Below are positions 9,801 to 11,639 of a DNA stretch of 11,639 bases, in pieces. This stretch comes from a virus. Both the position numbers and the translations under genes were made by a program. The DNA is taken from UHGV virus genome UHGV-0070899; one strand, written 5' to 3'. Within the stretch, counting starts at the first letter, position 1. Every line of letters starts with the position of its first letter. Below the pieces are notes generated by a model that did no database searches, was not told the origin of the DNA, and worked only from the letters and a program-made list of their open reading frames with translations.

Positions 9801-10559
9801 CTAGATCTCTATCTCAATGCTATCAGGTAAATATTTTTTATATTTAAGCAGAGATAATTCGATTTCTTTCTTTGATATCTCAAATAAAATATCAAGTTCA
9901 GTTTCACCTGTTTTTTTTGCTCCAAACCTTTCATGGAATTTTATTACCGATGTATTACCCTTTCTTACATCAAAATGAGATTTTGCGAATCCAAGCTTAA
10001 GTGCATATGTATACAAAAGAAGTGCAGATTCTATTGCATAATGTGCAGGGGCGTTATCTACTATTACCCATGATCCCCAGCAAAAAGAATCTCCCACTTG
10101 GTCATACATCCTGATGGTGCCTAATCTTTCCCCTGAGTAGTTCTCAATAATAAAATATGCTTGACCTTTACTGCTTTCGTAATATTTCAACCAGTCACGT
10201 TGCTGCTCAACATCTGTTGAGGTTGAGCTGATAAATCTACCTTTCTTCTGATCGGTTCTTACTCTAACTATAAATTCAGCATCATCTTGGTTTGCGTTAC
10301 GCAAAACTATTGTTTTACCGACAATTTTTTTTGCTTTAGTGATTTGTGGGAATATATGGTAACCATTCATAGCTAATGCCTCCTGGACAACATCAGACTT
10401 GTCATTAAAAAGTATCTCTACGCATGAAATTGGTTTCGAGCTGTTGTGAACCACTGCAGCTCTAATAATTTCATCATGATTAAGAGATAGCAACTTAAGC
10501 TCATCTTGGCTAGTTTCTGGAGAGTTAGCCTTCCTGAAGTTATTGATAGTGTCGTTCAA
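9801..10559 (-). CDS. GNAT-family N-acetyltransferase (RimL/RimJ-like fold) with a 63-aa N-terminal extension; the alternative internal start at 10370 would give a 189-aa GNAT-only product
   Basis: C-terminal half carries GNAT hallmarks (TIVLRNANQDDAEF..., WGSWVIVDN...SHFDVRKGNTSVIKFHERFGAKKTGE). TTG at 10559 has GAGGA 6 nt upstream; in-frame ATG at 10370 has a perfect AGGAGG 8 nt upstream. Gene is strongly AT-rich compared with the phage core. Confidence 0.8.
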   Translation of the reverse strand: MNDTINNFRKANSPETSQDELKLLSLNHDEIIRAAVVHNSSKPISCVEILFNDKSDVVQEALAMNGYHIFPQITKAKKIVGKTIVLRNANQDDAEFIVRVRTDQKKGRFISSTSTDVEQQRDWLKYYESSKGQAYFIIENYSGERLGTIRMYDQVGDSFCWGSWVIVDNAPAHYAIESALLLYTYALKLGFAKSHFDVRKGNTSVIKFHERFGAKKTGETELDILFEISKKEIELSLLKYKKYLPDSIEIEI

Positions 10560-10990
10560 AATATATCCTCATGTATGTCTATGTTCTTTCTATAACTTTT
10601 CTCTAAAACACAAGTTCAGCATTGACAATAGCAGCAAGCATCTTGTTTTCCTTTCTATAAGCATAGCTACCTACATCAATGCTTCATTTATAGTATGAGA
10701 AAATAACTCACGTTCATAATCATTTTAATTATTCTCTCTCTTCAATATGCTAAGTTACCATCTCAAGCAAACCATTTTGGTTATAGGTAAACATTTTTGA
10801 ATAAAATTTGCGGAATTTCGGAGTTCAAATAGCGATTGTTTATGGTTCTGTCTTTAACGGCCTCTTTTAATTGATAAAGCATTCGCAGCCATAATGGTTC
10901 AATGTTCATAGTTACACACATAATCAAACTCACACCTAAAAGAGATATTACAGTATAATCAAAAAACCTAGATATACAAAGCTTTGCGTT
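10560..10990 (-). promoter_or_regulatory. AT-rich non-coding leader upstream of the GNAT gene, containing a 10-bp direct repeat (CTTTCTATAA at 10586-10595 and 10651-10660) and a 12-codon upstream ORF
   Basis: No convincing ORF on either strand. The direct repeat and the short SD-preceded ORF (10603-10641, minus strand) were read directly. No promoter hexamers could be assigned confidently. Confidence 0.3.
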
Positions 10991-11006
10991 CTTCGATAGT
11001 GGTTAA

Positions 11007-11030
11007 GGTGGATCACTCCACCTTTTCATC
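11007..11030 (+). terminator. Terminator-like hairpin (+ strand) of unknown cognate transcript
   Basis: GGTGGA-TCAC-TCCACC followed by TTTTCATC. The minus-strand version is not followed by a T-run. Confidence 0.3.
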
Positions 11031-11326
11031 AAGCCAGTCCGCCCACCACTGCATCATTTCTCTGCGCTTATCGTGGCAGATGCCTCACTATCACACGGTG
11101 ATGGTTCATTACTGGTTTGCATAATGGATAGAGAACTGAGGATAAAAGATATCCCAAAACCCAAAAATCTCATCTTTAGGATTTGCAGAAAGGGAGGCGT
11201 GAACAGATACCTGCGCATGAAGACGGAACTAGTCCAGATGTGATATTTGTGGTGATCACATACATCATCAACGATGCTCGTTATGGTGAGTTTGATGACT
11301 ACCCGCTGAAGTGAAAATTGTGTTGT

Positions 11327-11346
11327 GTACCAAATTGCGTACCAAA
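11327..11346. repeat. Two direct copies of GTACCAAA spaced 12 bp apart, candidate integrase arm-type or other protein-binding sites
   Basis: gtaccaaattgc-gtaccaaactaa read directly, about 55-75 bp from the proposed host/phage junction. Confidence 0.3.
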
Positions 11347-11386
11347 CTAAAATCACAAATCATGAAGCCCTTGTTCATGGCGGTTC

Positions 11387-11449
11387 TCAGGGGTGTTGCG
11401 CGTAATCGTGAAACAAAAAGGTAGATTGTTGCTTACCGTCATTCATCAT
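11387..11449 (-). pseudogene. sbcB: 5-prime fragment of exonuclease I gene: first 16 codons intact, then divergence and a stop after 4 more codons
   Basis: Minus-strand translation from 11449 is MMNDGKQQSTFLFHDY-AQHP*. The first 16 residues match the recalled E. coli SbcB N-terminus (MMNDGKQQSTFLFHDYETFGTHP...). The match ends at about 11401. Confidence 0.55.
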
Positions 11450-11570
11450 TAGGTTAAATCCGTTATTTCTGCTGTCTGCCAGAGTATCAAATATCACCGT
11501 GCTAATCAGCTTTAGCGCGACAATTTGACAGCGAGTGACAACAGATCATGTCAGATAAAAATGAGAGGGT

Positions 11571-11639
11571 TGAACCGCCCCGGAAATCCTGGAGACTAAA
11601 CTTCCTGAGAAAGAGGTAAACAGGATGACTAAAAATACT
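11571..11639 (+). mobile_element. Partial IS3-family insertion sequence (IS629/IS1203-like): terminal inverted repeat plus first 5 codons of orfA (ATG at 11625); element body lies right of the window
   Basis: TGAACCGCCCCGGAAATCCTGGAGACTAAACTTCCTGAGAAAGAGGTAAACAGG-ATGACTAAAAATACT. Differs from the left copy at one base (GGAAAT here, GGGAAT in the left copy). Confidence 0.75.

Noticed and set aside
10781-10909. 42-codon minus-strand ORF (MNIEPLWLRMLYQLKEAVKDRTINNRYL...) upstream of the GNAT gene, considered as a possible antitoxin-like partner
   Set aside because: No SD-like sequence upstream, and ORFs of this length arise readily by chance; no recognisable fold motif.
11054-11356. 100-aa minus-strand ORF in the region between the GNAT leader and the sbcB fragment
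   Set aside because: GTG start with no SD, aromatic/Ile-rich composition that does not look protein-like, and it lies in what appears to be non-coding att-arm sequence. Not excluded, but unsupported.
10560-11400. Search for a tRNA gene or CRISPR array in the non-coding region
   Set aside because: No cloverleaf-compatible sequence with a T-arm GTTCRANYC motif was found by eye, and there are no regularly spaced repeats of CRISPR type. The only repeats are the short pairs reported above.
11548-11639. + strand ORF starting ATGTCAGATAAAAATGAG that reads into the IS end
   Set aside because: Only 8 codons lie outside the IS and there is no SD; most likely a chance reading frame.
1-11639. Interpretation of the whole window as a bona fide composite transposon mobilising phage tail genes
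   Set aside because: Only 69 bp of each IS are present and the outer flanks are not visible, so target-site duplications cannot be checked. Independent insertions or assembly breaks at a multicopy IS explain the data equally well.

Overview
The window is the late/virion-completion end of a P22-family (Sf6/HK620-type) podovirus prophage, apparently degraded and IS-bounded. Reading left to right on the + strand: the last 29 codons of the coat gene (cut by an IS), a terminator, a small ORF, then a syntenic block matching P22 genes 4, 10, 26 (tail needle), 14, 7, 20, 16 (ejection proteins), a terminator, and a tailspike. The tailspike has a P22-type head-binding N-terminus joined to a different, more AT-rich receptor-binding body. 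Convergent with the tailspike is a strongly AT-rich GNAT (RimL/RimJ-like) acetyltransferase gene with two SD-backed in-frame starts, sitting where P22-like phages normally carry O-antigen conversion genes; this is the best candidate for an undescribed accessory function. Further right is a probable prophage/host junction: the first 16 codons of exonuclease I (sbcB) on the minus strand, followed by an immediate stop. Both window edges are outward-facing left ends of an IS629/IS1203-like IS3-family element, 69 bp each, inverted, with one mismatch. No tRNA, rRNA or CRISPR array was seen. All homology calls come from reading the translations and recalling protein families; no searches or computations were run, so coordinates of small motifs may be off by a base or two.
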